Shown: positions 37,609-48,112, counted from the stretch's first letter. The stretch: 64,000 bases of DNA from a bacterium (GCA_020849855.1 JADZFO010000027.1:2585-66584), one strand, 5' to 3'. Notes: generated by a model not told the origin, from the letters alone. Made by a program: numbers and translations.

Positions 37609-39194
37609 ACGTTGCTCCAGGCGCCCAGGCTTTGCCAGGGATTGTGCAGGGCAGTGGACGCAGCTGAGCTTGCCTGTTGTGCAGTGCCGCGAGGCACTGC
37701 TGCCGCCACTGCTGCGGCAGCCCAGTGCAGTTCCGTCGCCGGAGCCGGGGCCCAGCCTTCCATGTGCTGGGTGATGAAGCCCGTGCTCAGCTCACCGGCC
37801 AGGAATGCCGGATGGGCCAGGATGGCCTGCAGATACTCGGAGTTCGTGGTCAGGCCTAGCACTGCATAGTCACGCAGGGCTTGCGCCGCCCGCTGGATAG
37901 CGGTATCGCGGTCCGGGCCGTGCACAATCAGCTTGGCCAGCAGGGGGTCATAGTCAGCGCCGACTTCCCAGCCTTCATAAAGTGCGGTGTCAACACGTAC
38001 ACCGGGGCTCTGGGGCTCGCGGTAGACGCCAATGCGCCCCACCTGGGGCAGAAAGCCCGCGGCGGGGTCCTCAGCGCAGAGGCGGCATTCGATGGCGTGT
38101 CCCCTCGGCTTCAGATCCTCCTGGCGCAGAGTCAGCTCCTCGCCGGCTGCGATACGCAGCTGCCAGTGCAGCAGATCCAGGCCGTAGGCCAGCTCGGTGA
38201 CGGGATGCTCCACCTGCAGACGCGTATTCATCTCGAGGAAGTAGTAATGCTGGCCCAGGGCGTCCTGGCCCACAATGAACTCAACAGTCCCGGCGCCTTC
38301 ATAGCCCACTGCCCGGGCGAGGGCCACAGCCCCGCTGCCCATCTTCTCGCGCAGCTCGGCGCTGACCGCCGGGCTCGGCGCTTCCTCGATGATCTTCTGG
38401 TAGCGCCGCTGGATACTGCATTCGCGCTCGCCAAGGTGGACGATGTTGCCGTGCTTGTCAGCCAGCAGCTGGATCTCGATGTGCCGCGGGTTGCGGATGT
38501 ACTTCTCAAGGTAGACCGTGGGGTTGCCAAAGGCCGCCTGAGCCTCGCGCCGTGCCGCAGCCAGTGCTTCATCCAGGCGCTCGGGGTCCTCCACCAGGCG
38601 CATGCCCTTGCCGCCTCCGCCAGCGCTGGCCTTGACCAGCACCGGGTAGCCGATCGCCATTGCCGCCTCGGCCAGCCGCAGGTCAGCCTCGCTGTCGCTG
38701 AGGCCGTGCTCAGACGGCAGCTCGAAGCCCGGCACCACCGGCACACCGGCCGCGATGGCGGTAGCGCGGCTTTCCACCTTCAGGCCCATGCCGCGGATGG
38801 CCGGCGGCGGCGGGCCGATCCAGGCCAGACCGGCGTCATTTACTGCCTGGGCGAAAGCATCGTTCTCCGAAAGGAAGCCGTAACCCGGATGCACAGCATC
38901 GCAGCCGGTCTCCGCCGCGACGGCCAGCAGCTTGTCCGCCCGGAGGTAGCTTTCACGAGGCGGGGCAGGGCCTATCAGGCGCGCCTGGTCGGCCAGGCGC
39001 ACGTGCAGGGCCCGCGCATCCGGCTCGCTGTAGACGGCCACGCTGGCAATGCCAAGCTCGCGGCAGGCGCGGATGATGCGGACCGCGATCTCGCCGCGGT
39101 TGGCGATAAGGACTCGTGTGATCCTGGCGCTGATATGGGTATTGTAAGTCGGGGACGCCGGCGGCGTCCGAACCAGAGGTGGGGATTCAAGCAA
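37605..39194 (-). CDS. Biotin carboxylase (BC domain of a biotin-dependent carboxylase alpha subunit).
   Basis: N-terminal VLIANRGEIAVRIIRA plus the ATP-grasp motifs. The true start is probably downstream of the ORF-track start, which adds about 25 extra N-terminal residues. Confidence 0.8.
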   Translation of the reverse strand: MLESPPLVRTPPASPTYNTHISARITRVLIANRGEIAVRIIRACRELGIASVAVYSEPDARALHVRLADQARLIGPAPPRESYLRADKLLAVAAETGCDAVHPGYGFLSENDAFAQAVNDAGLAWIGPPPPAIRGMGLKVESRATAIAAGVPVVPGFELPSEHGLSDSEADLRLAEAAMAIGYPVLVKASAGGGGKGMRLVEDPERLDEALAAARREAQAAFGNPTVYLEKYIRNPRHIEIQLLADKHGNIVHLGERECSIQRRYQKIIEEAPSPAVSAELREKMGSGAVALARAVGYEGAGTVEFIVGQDALGQHYYFLEMNTRLQVEHPVTELAYGLDLLHWQLRIAAGEELTLRQEDLKPRGHAIECRLCAEDPAAGFLPQVGRIGVYREPQSPGVRVDTALYEGWEVGADYDPLLAKLIVHGPDRDTAIQRAAQALRDYAVLGLTTNSEYLQAILAHPAFLAGELSTGFITQHMEGWAPAPATELHWAAAAVAAAVPRGTAQQASSAASTALHNPWQSLGAWSNV

Positions 39195-39400
39195 ATTGAG
39201 CTCTCAGCCCCTGCGCGCAGGTGTGGACCGTAATTTCTGCCCAAGTGATGCTCTTCACGCCTGCGCGCAGGGGCCACCTCTCCGCACGGCCGGGCGCCGT
39301 CGCGTCCCTGCCACTGTGCTTCAAGACGAAGGTTATGGATAGCTGTTTCCAGGCTGCAGAGAGAAGCCTGAAAATCCGCCCGGTTGAAACCGGATCAAAT

Positions 39401-39472
39401 GGGCCCGGCAGGATTCGAACCCGCGACCAAGAGATTATGAGTCTCCTGCTCTAACCGCTGAGCTACAGGCCC
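39401..39472 (-). tRNA. tRNA-Met/Ile2 (anticodon CAT), not an obvious initiator.
   Basis: The reverse complement folds as GGGCCTG acceptor, AGCTCAGCGGTTAGAGC D-arm, anticodon stem GGAGA / TCTCT with loop CTCATAA, and T-arm CGCGGG-TTCGAAT-CCTGCC. It has a G1-C72 pair and lacks the three G-C pairs expected in the anticodon stem of initiator tRNA. Confidence 0.75.
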
Positions 39473-39516
39473 TGATGTGGGTCAGGTACTCGCTGAATTT
39501 ACCATAGCCGGGGGGC

Positions 39517-40110
39517 TTAAGATCCGCCCTTCTCGCCGGCTTCGGCATCGCCGCTGTCTTCCGCGCCGTCCTTGCTGCCCTTGCCCTTGGGCAGGGTCGC
39601 GGGCTTGCGCTCCTTCTCGTGAAGGGCCTCAAACTCCGCCAGCGGCGGGGGCGCCAGTTCCGCGGGGAAGCTGCCATAAGCTTCTATCTCCGCCTGGCTG
39701 CCAGTGTACAGATACCAGTTAAGGCCGGACTTCACCCAGCGCTGCGGCTGCAGCACGGCGAAGGCGTCGCCAAGCTCCGGGTCGACAACGGTATAGGCAA
39801 AGCGGTCCTGGCTAGAAACCAGCACGTGCTTGCCTTTGGCGAGCGGATAGCGCGTGTTGGGCTTGCTGGCCTTGCGCCGCGTCTCATCCAGCTGCCGCAG
39901 GCCATCGCGCGTGAACTTCTTCTTATAAGCTGGGCTGAGGTAAGACGAATAGGCCTGCTTTGGATAGCGGCCGATCATGTAGTTGTAGTACTGCGCCGCG
40001 CGGCCCTCGATACCGCCGACGGCCCCGCAGGCGGCCAGCCAGATGGCGCAGGCCAGCGTAAGGGCCAGCACTGCTGCTCGAAGGGTCAAAGGCTGCCAGC
40101 GCGTTTCCAC
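39517..40110 (-). CDS. Secreted protein / lipoprotein of unknown function.
   Basis: Signal peptide with Cys (LTLACAIWLAACG). Lys-rich C-terminus. Confidence 0.4.
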   Translation of the reverse strand: METRWQPLTLRAAVLALTLACAIWLAACGAVGGIEGRAAQYYNYMIGRYPKQAYSSYLSPAYKKKFTRDGLRQLDETRRKASKPNTRYPLAKGKHVLVSSQDRFAYTVVDPELGDAFAVLQPQRWVKSGLNWYLYTGSQAEIEAYGSFPAELAPPPLAEFEALHEKERKPATLPKGKGSKDGAEDSGDAEAGEKGGS

Positions 40111-40146
40111 GGCCTCATTATATCCACGCTGGCGCCGGCTTATAGG

Positions 40147-40818
40147 CTAGTGCGGTTCCAGGGCCCGCTGCTCGATCATCCAGCGGAAGGCTTCGCTGCC
40201 ACTCATGACGGCGATTGTGACCAGGGCGGCGGCGATGATCTGGCCGATGATGACCGCCATCAGGTAGTGCCGCAGGTTGATGCCCAGCAGGTAAGCGCCT
40301 ATGGTGGCGGTATACAGTCCGCTGCCGGGGCCTGGTATCGCCACCAGTACCAGCAGGCCCCAGTGGCCCCAGCGCTCCATTGGCTTGTGCAGCTTCTCCC
40401 TGACCCGGGCTTCATACCAGTCCCAGAGCTTCTCAAACCAGCGCATCCTGCGCAGCAGGCTGACGCCGCCGCTCATAAACAGGTATGCCAGGGGAGATAC
40501 AAGCCAGTTGGCCAGCAGCGCAGCACTGACCACCTGCCAGGCCTGCAGCTTGGTGGCCAGCAGGCCGTAAGGGATCGAGCCGCTCAGCTCCAGTGTGGGC
40601 GTGATGCTGATCAGCGCGATGCGCAGCAGTGGGGGTACGCCCTCCAGCCAGTTAAGGAATGCCTCCAAGGCGCCGGATTGTAACAAAAAGCCGGCGGGGA
40701 CTGGGCCCCCGCCGGCATATGCCTTCCTTCCTTGCTTAAGCTGCGTCCTGCTTCTGGGCCGCCGGAGCTTCGTAGTCCAGCAGTTCAACCCGGCCGCTTT
40801 CCAGGTAGTAGTAGGCAC
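40147..40818 (-). CDS. Small integral membrane protein (COG2426-like, small-multidrug-export-like fold). The true start is probably downstream of 40736.
   Basis: Four or more hydrophobic helices. The ORF-track start overlaps the carbonic anhydrase gene by 83 nt, so a later non-ATG start is likely. Confidence 0.35.
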   Translation of the reverse strand: MPTTTWKAAGLNCWTTKLRRPRSRTQLKQGRKAYAGGGPVPAGFLLQSGALEAFLNWLEGVPPLLRIALISITPTLELSGSIPYGLLATKLQAWQVVSAALLANWLVSPLAYLFMSGGVSLLRRMRWFEKLWDWYEARVREKLHKPMERWGHWGLLVLVAIPGPGSGLYTATIGAYLLGINLRHYLMAVIIGQIIAAALVTIAVMSGSEAFRWMIEQRALEPH

Positions 40819-41371
40819 CCACCACCTTGAGCTTGCCTTCCTTGACCATATGGGCCAGGATCGGCTCGCTCTCGCGCAGGCGGTTCACGACCTGGCGGAC
40901 GTTTTCACGAACAGCGTTCTCCACGAGGTCGCCGGGCTGGTTGCTGCTGGCCTTGACCGCCGGGCGGATCTGCTCCACCAGGCTCAGGATGTGGCCGGGG
41001 GCCCCAGCGCTCTTGCAGGCGGCGCCCACGGCTCCGCAGCGCTCATGGCCCATCACCACGATCACGCTGGAGCCCAGGTGCTCCGCCGCATACTCCAGAC
41101 TGCCAATCACCGCGGTGTCAGCAATGTTGCCGGCCACGCGGCAGACGAAGAGATCGCCCAGGCGGCAGTCGAAAATCTCGCTGAGCATGATCCGCGAGTC
41201 GGAGCAGCTCAGGACTGCCGCGAAGGGATGCTGCTCATAGGCTGTCGCCGTCCTGCGGTCCTGGTCATTGCCATTGCGACGGACCTTGCCTTCGCAGTAG
41301 CGCTGATTGCCGCCCAGCAGGTGCTGGATTACAAAGTCTGGATTCCCGGGTTCCCACTTGCGCTTGTTCAT
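40736..41371 (-). CDS. Beta-class carbonic anhydrase.
   Basis: Contains the CSDSR and HERCGAV zinc-ligand motifs. 211 aa. Confidence 0.8.
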   Translation of the reverse strand: MNKRKWEPGNPDFVIQHLLGGNQRYCEGKVRRNGNDQDRRTATAYEQHPFAAVLSCSDSRIMLSEIFDCRLGDLFVCRVAGNIADTAVIGSLEYAAEHLGSSVIVVMGHERCGAVGAACKSAGAPGHILSLVEQIRPAVKASSNQPGDLVENAVRENVRQVVNRLRESEPILAHMVKEGKLKVVGAYYYLESGRVELLDYEAPAAQKQDAA

Positions 41372-41383
41372 AGCTGCCTTCCT

Positions 41384-43297
41384 TTAGACCTTGAACTTCG
41401 ACACGATGTCCTGCAGCTCAGTGCTGAGCTTGGCCAGGCTGGAGGCGCTGGAAGCGATCTCCTCGGTGCTGGCGGTCTGCTCTTCCATCGCGCTGCTGAC
41501 TTCCTCAGAGGCGGCGGCGTTCTGTTCGGCGACTGCAGCCACTGCCTGCATGGAGTTGACAACTTCAGTTGTGCTGGCGTTGATCTCTTCCGCGGCGGCG
41601 CTGATGCTCTGGACCTTCTCGCTGAGGGCTTCCACACCCTTGACGATCTCGCCAAGGACGCGGGAGGCTTCAGTGACGGTCTGGGCGCCGGCGCTGACTT
41701 CGTGGTCGCTCTTCTCCATCGCGGAGAGAGCCGCCTGCATCTCATTCTCGATACCCTTGACCAGCTGAGTGATGTTGCCGGCAGCGGTATTGCTCTCCTC
41801 GGCCAGCTTGCGCACCTCTTCGGCGACCACCGCGAATCCACGTCCGGCTTCACCGGCACGTGCAGCTTCGATTGCGGCGTTCAGGGCCAGCAGGTTGGTC
41901 TGGTCCGCGATGCCGGTGATGATGCTGATGAAGTCGCCAATCTGCTTGGTCTTCGTACCGAGGGACTCCACAACCGCGGCGGTCTGCTGGACGCTGCCGG
42001 CGGCGTGGTTGATGATGGTCATGGCTTCATCTGCGCTGCGCTTGCCTTCGGTGCCGTGGGTCGCGGCCTGGGTGGCATAGGCGGCAACTTCCTCGATATC
42101 GCGCGAGACCATCTCAATCGCCTGGGCGTTCTGGCGCAGGTTCTCCTGGGCCATCGTCACATTGCTGGTGGTGTCCTGGCTGCCGCGCGAGACTTCCTGG
42201 ACGGTGTAGCTCACCGACTGGGCAGCCTTGCCCGTCTCCTCGGCGCTGGCCGAGAGTTCCTCGCTGGCGGCCGCGACGTGCGTGGCGGCTTCGCTGACCT
42301 GCTGGATGAGGTGCTTGGTGTTGTTCTTCATTTCAATGAAGGCTTCGGTCATCACACCAATCTCGTCCTGGGCCTTGCTATGCTGCAGAACGATGCTGAA
42401 ATCACCATTGGCCATCGTATGCGCCGCACCGCTCAGCATGCGCAGCGGCTTGCCCACCATTGCGGAGATGCCCAGGCTGAGCAGAATCACAAAGGCAACC
42501 ACAATGCCGGAGGCCGTCATGATGGAGCCCTTGTTGGCATCATTGACCGCGTTGGTGATGGTGCTGGACTCCTGGATCACCTCAAATGCGCCGTGGGCCA
42601 TGCCAGGCGTCCAGTTCTCCATCTGGTAGCCCAGCGGATCCTTGCCGTCGCCGGTCTTGGAAGTGGCCGGGTCGCCATGGCAGAGCATGCACTCCTGGGT
42701 GAGCACAATAGCGCGGGCCAGCCGCAGCTTGCCGTCATGAGCGCCGTTATAGCCAGGGATCTCCTTGCCCTTGACCCAGGTGCCCTTTTCGGCCACGCTC
42801 TCATAGAGCTTGCCGTTCTCGGCGAAGACTGTCGCGGCTTCCTTGCCCTGCTTGTTAATCTGATCCTCGAGATAGGCCAGGATGGCCTTTTCGGTCTCAT
42901 CTGGAGCGTTGTCCGGGTTGCGGGGATCGTTGGCCGGCACCCTGAATTCATAACCGGATTCTTCGGCCTTGGTCTGGCCCACTGTCCAGCCGGCAACCAC
43001 CGGGACTGTCCAGTAATAACGTTCCAGGATGTCCTCCTTGGTCGCCAGGAGTTCTTCTTCCTTGAAAACGTCGTGCTTGCCGCGCAGCTCGGCAACATAG
43101 TTGCGGGCATTCTCGGCTTCCTGCGTGATGGCCACGCCCTTGGCCACCATCTGGTTGCAGATCCTGCGTCTTACGCCGCCTGCGTTAATCAGTGCGTTGA
43201 CCGCGAAGGCCAGCGTAACCAGAACGCAGACAGCGACGATGATCTTCGCTGCAATACTCTTCATTTTCTGCTCCGATGTGCCGGACGGCAATATCAA
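41384..43297 (-). CDS. Methyl-accepting chemotaxis protein with a periplasmic c-type-heme (CxxCH) sensor domain.
   Basis: N-terminal TM, a ~220-aa periplasmic domain containing [11 protein letters not shown] (CxxCH), a second TM, HAMP, and a canonical MCP signalling domain with the highly conserved [13 protein letters not shown] core. Confidence 0.8.
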   Translation of the reverse strand: MILPSGTSEQKMKSIAAKIIVAVCVLVTLAFAVNALINAGGVRRRICNQMVAKGVAITQEAENARNYVAELRGKHDVFKEEELLATKEDILERYYWTVPVVAGWTVGQTKAEESGYEFRVPANDPRNPDNAPDETEKAILAYLEDQINKQGKEAATVFAENGKLYESVAEKGTWVKGKEIPGYNGAHDGKLRLARAIVLTQECMLCHGDPATSKTGDGKDPLGYQMENWTPGMAHGAFEVIQESSTITNAVNDANKGSIMTASGIVVAFVILLSLGISAMVGKPLRMLSGAAHTMANGDFSIVLQHSKAQDEIGVMTEAFIEMKNNTKHLIQQVSEAATHVAAASEELSASAEETGKAAQSVSYTVQEVSRGSQDTTSNVTMAQENLRQNAQAIEMVSRDIEEVAAYATQAATHGTEGKRSADEAMTIINHAAGSVQQTAAVVESLGTKTKQIGDFISIITGIADQTNLLALNAAIEAARAGEAGRGFAVVAEEVRKLAEESNTAAGNITQLVKGIENEMQAALSAMEKSDHEVSAGAQTVTEASRVLGEIVKGVEALSEKVQSISAAAEEINASTTEVVNSMQAVAAVAEQNAAASEEVSSAMEEQTASTEEIASSASSLAKLSTELQDIVSKFKV

Positions 43298-43330
43298 CCG
43301 TTTTTATCGACCTTGCACAGGGAAACAACA

Positions 43331-43382
43331 GTCGCCGCCGGTTAACTTTTCGAAGCTCAACTCGGCGGCGACCGGGTACGGG
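43331..43382 (-). terminator. Putative terminator hairpin between the two MCP genes.
   Basis: 10-bp stem GTCGCCGCCG / CGGCGGCGAC with a large loop. On the - strand it is followed by UGUUGUUUCC. The large loop lowers confidence. Confidence 0.3.
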
Positions 43383-43389
43383 TCCGCGC

Positions 43390-45072
43390 CTAGCTGACCT
43401 TGAATCCGCCAACCAGAACCTGCAGCTCAGTGCTCAGCTGGGCCAGGCTGCCGGCACTGCTGGAGATCTCCTCAGTGCTTGCGCTCTGCTCTTCCATGGC
43501 GCTGCTGACTTCCTCAGAAGCTGCGGCATTCTGCTCCGCCACTGCGGCGACAGCCTGCATGGAGTTCACTACTTCTGAGGTCGAGGCGTTGATCTGCTGG
43601 GCGGCGGCGGAGATGCTCTGCACCTTTTCGCTCAAAGCCTCTACGCCCTTGACAATCTCGGCCAGGACCGCTGAGGCCTGGGTCACAGTGATGGCTCCGC
43701 TGCTTACCTCACGCTCGCTCTTCTGCATTGCAGCCAGCGCGGCCTGCATCTCCTGCTCAATGCTCTTGACCAGGGAGGTGATGTTGCCGGCGGCGGTGTT
43801 GCTTTCCTCAGCCAGCTTGCGCACTTCCTCAGCGACCACGGCGAAGCCGCGGCCCGCATCTCCGGCTCGGGCCGCTTCGATAGCTGCATTAAGAGCCAGC
43901 AGGTTGGTCTGGTCGGCGATGCCCGTGATGATGCTGATGAAGTCGCCGATCTGCTTTGTCTTGTCGCCAAGCGATCCGACTACCTGGGCAGTCTGCTTTA
44001 CACTGCCGGAAGCGTGGTTGATGATCTCCATCGCTTCGTCCGCGTTGCGTTTGCCGTCGCTGCCGTGTGTAGCCGCCTGGGTGGCATATGCCGCAACCTC
44101 TTCAATGTCGCGCGACACCATCTCGATGGCCTTGGCGTTCTGGCGCAGGTTCTCCTGAGCCATGGTCACATTGCTGGTTGTGTCCTGGCTGCCGCGGGCA
44201 ACTTCCTGGACGGTATGGCTCACGGACTGCACTGCCTTGCCACTCTCCTCCGCACTGGCGGACAGCTCCTGGCTGGCCGCAGCTACGTGAGAAGCCGCAT
44301 CGCTGACCCGCTGGATCAGGCGCCGCGTGTTGTTCTTCATCTCAATAAAGGACTCGGTCATGGTTCCGATCTCGTCCCTGATCTTGCTGTGCTCGAGTAC
44401 GATAGTGAAGTCACCTTCGCTCATGACGCGGGCCGCATTGCTCAGGATGCGCAGTGGCCGTTTGATGCTGCTAAGTAGCAGGAAGGCAATGATCACCGCG
44501 AAGAGCGCGGCCAAACCACCGCTGATGGCACTGGTGGCAATTGAGTTGCGCATGATCATCCGGCGCTCTTCGCGCGATTCCTCGACCAGCTTCGCCGCCA
44601 TGTCCGCCGTAAGCACGGAGGTCTCATCAACACTGGCGCCAAAGACCTTCAGCTTGTCTCCGCGGATCTGCTGGGCTGTCTCCCAGTCCTGGACGTGGCA
44701 GGCTTGCTCAAACTCTTCGAGGGCGGAAAGGTAGCCGGAGATGGCCTCCGTGAAGGGCTTGTACTCCTCCTGAAGTGCCGGGCTTACCGTCGTGCTGACG
44801 GCCTCCAGCTCGGTGTTCAGCGCAGCTTCAGCCTCATTCAGCTTGATGGACGCCTCCTCGTTGCGATCCAGAAGCAGGCGCAGGGAGCCCATGCGGACAT
44901 CCCAGAGCAGGAACTTTATGCGGTTGATGTCACTCTCGTTCTTGGCAGCGGTTGCGGCGATCACAGAAACAGCCTGGATTCTGTTCAGACTGATGATGGA
45001 AAGCACAGCCGAAGCCACCAGAAGTGCGGTTAGTAACGCGAAACCCAACACCATCTTGGTAGTCAGGGTCAT
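43390..45072 (-). CDS. Methyl-accepting chemotaxis protein (helical N-terminal sensor, HAMP, MCP signalling domain).
   Basis: Same architecture as the downstream MCP but with an all-helical periplasmic domain. Its signalling domain is about 85% nucleotide-identical to the neighbouring MCP. Confidence 0.8.
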   Translation of the reverse strand: MTLTTKMVLGFALLTALLVASAVLSIISLNRIQAVSVIAATAAKNESDINRIKFLLWDVRMGSLRLLLDRNEEASIKLNEAEAALNTELEAVSTTVSPALQEEYKPFTEAISGYLSALEEFEQACHVQDWETAQQIRGDKLKVFGASVDETSVLTADMAAKLVEESREERRMIMRNSIATSAISGGLAALFAVIIAFLLLSSIKRPLRILSNAARVMSEGDFTIVLEHSKIRDEIGTMTESFIEMKNNTRRLIQRVSDAASHVAAASQELSASAEESGKAVQSVSHTVQEVARGSQDTTSNVTMAQENLRQNAKAIEMVSRDIEEVAAYATQAATHGSDGKRNADEAMEIINHASGSVKQTAQVVGSLGDKTKQIGDFISIITGIADQTNLLALNAAIEAARAGDAGRGFAVVAEEVRKLAEESNTAAGNITSLVKSIEQEMQAALAAMQKSEREVSSGAITVTQASAVLAEIVKGVEALSEKVQSISAAAQQINASTSEVVNSMQAVAAVAEQNAAASEEVSSAMEEQSASTEEISSSAGSLAQLSTELQVLVGGFKVS

Positions 45073-45237
45073 AGCGGAGCCTCCGTGCAGGGCAAATGCC
45101 TGTTTTCGCAGTGCCGAATGGCTAATCTGCGATCATTACATCGGTACGCGGACCATTGCACTTTGGCATACTAACAATCAATACCGTTGAAATTTGTCTA
45201 ATAAATTTGTTGCCGGCGAGGCTGCAAAGACTTTGGA
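45073..45237. promoter_or_regulatory. AT-rich upstream region of the MCP gene (- strand), a probable promoter.
   Basis: A locally low-GC stretch (tcaataccgttgaaatttgtctaataaatttgttgcc) lies immediately upstream of the MCP start. No confident -35/-10 assignment. Confidence 0.3.
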
Positions 45238-45774
45238 CTAGTCGCCAAGAAAGATCAGATCCGAGCGGCCGGGCGGCTCGATTCCCTGAGAGCGCAGCAT
45301 GTGCGCCACCCCGCCAAGATGCCAGACGCAGTGCGTAGCCGCATGGGTCAGGGCCAGACCCCGGCTCTTGTGCAGGATACCGGCCGAGCGGGTCTTGAAC
45401 TCCACCATCCGGCTGAAGTCTTCTGGCTGCTGGGAGCTGCAGACTTCGCGGTGCCTGTCGATACAGGCCTTGGCGTGCGCAATGAGGACATGCCAGTCGT
45501 CCGTCGCAACAGTGCTGTCGTCCAGCGGGTCGCTGCCCGCGATTTGGTCGCTGTAGCGGTGCAGCGGTGTAAACGCGTGGCGCATGAAGTGGCCCATGGT
45601 GGGAAAGGCAGGGTTGCCGCTTGGGAGACCGAGCCAGCTGTTGTCACGCTCCCTGGCCCACAGCTCCCAGCGCCCAAGCTGGTAATCCAGCCAGGCGTTC
45701 AGCGCGGAAAGGTGGTCACCGCTGCTAAAGAAGCGGCTCGGGCTGCCTGCGCCAGCATTCGGACTGTCACTCAT
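45238..45774 (-). CDS. DinB/YfiT-like (DinB_2 superfamily) protein.
   Basis: His-rich motifs (HFMRHAFTPLHRY ... HCVWHLGGVAHMLR) are typical of the DinB metal-binding four-helix bundle. The start is placed at MSDSP, since the longer ORF overlaps the upstream gene. Confidence 0.45.
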   Translation of the reverse strand: MSDSPNAGAGSPSRFFSSGDHLSALNAWLDYQLGRWELWARERDNSWLGLPSGNPAFPTMGHFMRHAFTPLHRYSDQIAGSDPLDDSTVATDDWHVLIAHAKACIDRHREVCSSQQPEDFSRMVEFKTRSAGILHKSRGLALTHAATHCVWHLGGVAHMLRSQGIEPPGRSDLIFLGD

Positions 45775-48112
45775 GCTGCGATTGTACCGTTCCCGCTGCG
45801 GGCGCAGTCCTGCGGCCGCTGGTCTCAAAACACGGAATACCTAGGGCACGGCACCAGGCTACAGTCACTGCATTAAACAGGCCGCCTTCACCACGCAGCC
45901 GGCCGCTCATTTCCTGCAGGACCTTGCGGTCAGCCACCTTCATCTGCGAACGGTAGCGCCGCCGCATCTGTGCCACCGTTGGCAGGTGGAACAACACCCA
46001 CAGGTGGGCGAGCATCAGACCCGGCCACTCCAGTGGCTGGCGCAACAGGGTCCAGAAGTAGCCCAGCATATGCTGCAGAAGCACGATCGGCCACAGGCGC
46101 AGCAGCACGCTGGCCGGCTGCCAGATCAGCATCCGCATCAGGCGGTTGCGTTCCTGGTAGAAACGCAGGCGCACCTTGCCCAGGCTGCGCGAGGTGGCGT
46201 TATGCAGGTGCACCGCGGCCGCCCGAGGTTCCTTGACGATGCTGCGGCCGGTCGCCCGCAGATGGTTGCCCAGGAAATTGTCTTCGTGATAAGCAAAGAA
46301 GAGGGTGGGGAAGAGCTCCGGCGCCAGGTCATCCACCACCTCCCGCGTGATCAGGCACAGGCCGCCGCTGGGGTAGAAGGCCGGCTTCAGGCTGGCCGTT
46401 CCCGGGCCAAGCTGGGCCGGATCGGTTGGCGGATAGAGGTCGCCGGCGCGGTAGCCGAAGAGGGTGGTTCCGTGGTTGCGGTAGGACTCCTGGATAGCCT
46501 GGGCCAGGCGGGCCGGCATGTCCCAGACCACGTCCTCGGGGTCTTCCTCCAATTCCAGGCGCAGGGCCCGGACGGCCGGAGCGATCAGCTCTACATCGCC
46601 AATGTTGACCAGACGGCCGCTGATGGCGTCGGCACCGCTGCTGCGAGCGGCATACACAAGGCGCTTGATGCAGTCCTGGTCCAGCACGCAGTCGTTATTC
46701 ACCAGAACGATGTACTCGCCCTGGGTCTGGGGCAGCCCCCAGTTCACCCCGCCGGCAAAGCCCTGGTTGCGCGGCAGGCGCAGAACCCTGACTCTGCGCC
46801 GGCCGATCTGGGCTGTTTCGCCGGGGCGGATTCCCAGATCCATGCGCAGCACTTCTGCCTCGTCGGCGTCGCTGCCGTTGTCCACGACGACGATCTCAAT
46901 GTCTTCGTAGCTCTGCGCCAGGATCGAATCAAGGCAGCGCCGCGTCATGCTAAGGCCGTTCCAGTTGAGGACGACGATGGACACCAGTCCGCCGTCGCCC
47001 GCTGCCCCGCCAGGCTCAGCGCTGCCAGGGCTGCCATCCGGCCTGCGGGCCTCCGGGGGCGGGCGCAAACCATATGGCCTGAACTGCGCTTCAACCCTGG
47101 CCGGCGCAACACTGCGATGCGGCCCGGCTGTGAAGCGCGCCGCCAAGGCGCCCGGCAGGTGCCATAGATACAGCACTGCCGCGGGCCAGAGATAAGGTGT
47201 GGCCAGCACCCGCAGCGCGTGCAGGCATTCATAGGCAAACAGCGGCAGCGCGGCGCGCAGCTGGCCAGCAAGCGTATCGTTTTTGGCCAGCATCAGATAG
47301 CGGTTCTTCTCCGCCAGCATGCGGATCTTCCAGCGCTTGCGGCCGCCGCTGCCATGGACTTTGTGCCAGGCGATGCAGCCCGGCTCGTAGTAGGCGAGCC
47401 AGCCGCAGAGCTGCGCGCGCCAGTCGAGGTCCACATCCTCAAAGTAGGCAAAGAAGCTCTCATCGAAGACCTCAGCGCGCTGTGTGGCCAGGCCGCTGTC
47501 CACCGTGCGCTGGGCCAGCTGATCCAGCATTTCGCGTCGGTAGGCGATGGCCGCTGCGTTGCCGCCGAAGACAAAACCGCCCTGGTCGTACTGCCCCTGG
47601 TCCAGTTCGCCCCGGCCGCGGTTCACCGCCGTGCGGCCGGTGTACATGATGTGGCCGGTGCTTTCCAGAATGCCGCTCTCGTCATCCACAAACTGCTTGC
47701 AGACTACGCTGCCGATGCGCGGGTTTGCGGCCAGCACCTTGAGCGCATTGCGGGTGAAGTCGGGATGCAGACGGGCGTCACAGTTCAGCAGGATGATCAC
47801 ATCGCCGCTGGCGGCAGCGATGCCCTGGTTATTGGCTGCGGCGAAACCAATGTTCTGCCGGTTGTTGATGTAGACATCCGGCTTGACCGGCAGCGCTGTG
47901 GGCCTGAAACCCTGGCCGTCAGGGCCGGGGCTGGCGTTGTTGATCAGGATGATCTCATTCTGCTTGTGGGTCTGATCCAGAATGCTTCTGAGCGCCTCGC
48001 TCAGAAAGGCTTCGGTGTTCCAGTTGACCAGAATGTAGCTGACCAGATTCAGCCCAGCGCCGGGCCGCGTGCCTGCCTGCGGCTTCTGTCCTGCGCCTGG
48101 CTGGTCCATCAA
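45767..48112 (-). CDS. Bifunctional-looking glycosyltransferase with two tandem GT2 domains.
   Basis: Two separate GT-A signatures: VSYILVNWNT...DQTH / IILINNAS and VSIVVLNWNGLSMTRRCLDSILAQSYEDIEIVVVDNGSDADEA. Each is followed by DxD-type segments. Confidence 0.7.
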   Translation of the reverse strand: MMDQPGAGQKPQAGTRPGAGLNLVSYILVNWNTEAFLSEALRSILDQTHKQNEIILINNASPGPDGQGFRPTALPVKPDVYINNRQNIGFAAANNQGIAAASGDVIILLNCDARLHPDFTRNALKVLAANPRIGSVVCKQFVDDESGILESTGHIMYTGRTAVNRGRGELDQGQYDQGGFVFGGNAAAIAYRREMLDQLAQRTVDSGLATQRAEVFDESFFAYFEDVDLDWRAQLCGWLAYYEPGCIAWHKVHGSGGRKRWKIRMLAEKNRYLMLAKNDTLAGQLRAALPLFAYECLHALRVLATPYLWPAAVLYLWHLPGALAARFTAGPHRSVAPARVEAQFRPYGLRPPPEARRPDGSPGSAEPGGAAGDGGLVSIVVLNWNGLSMTRRCLDSILAQSYEDIEIVVVDNGSDADEAEVLRMDLGIRPGETAQIGRRRVRVLRLPRNQGFAGGVNWGLPQTQGEYIVLVNNDCVLDQDCIKRLVYAARSSGADAISGRLVNIGDVELIAPAVRALRLELEEDPEDVVWDMPARLAQAIQESYRNHGTTLFGYRAGDLYPPTDPAQLGPGTASLKPAFYPSGGLCLITREVVDDLAPELFPTLFFAYHEDNFLGNHLRATGRSIVKEPRAAAVHLHNATSRSLGKVRLRFYQERNRLMRMLIWQPASVLLRLWPIVLLQHMLGYFWTLLRQPLEWPGLMLAHLWVLFHLPTVAQMRRRYRSQMKVADRKVLQEMSGRLRGEGGLFNAVTVAWCRALGIPCFETSGRRTAPAAGTVQSQHE

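Noticed and set aside
39401-39472. Whether the CAT-anticodon tRNA is the initiator tRNA-fMet.
   Set aside because: It has a G1-C72 pair and lacks three consecutive G-C pairs in the anticodon stem, so I call it elongator Met or Ile2 rather than initiator.
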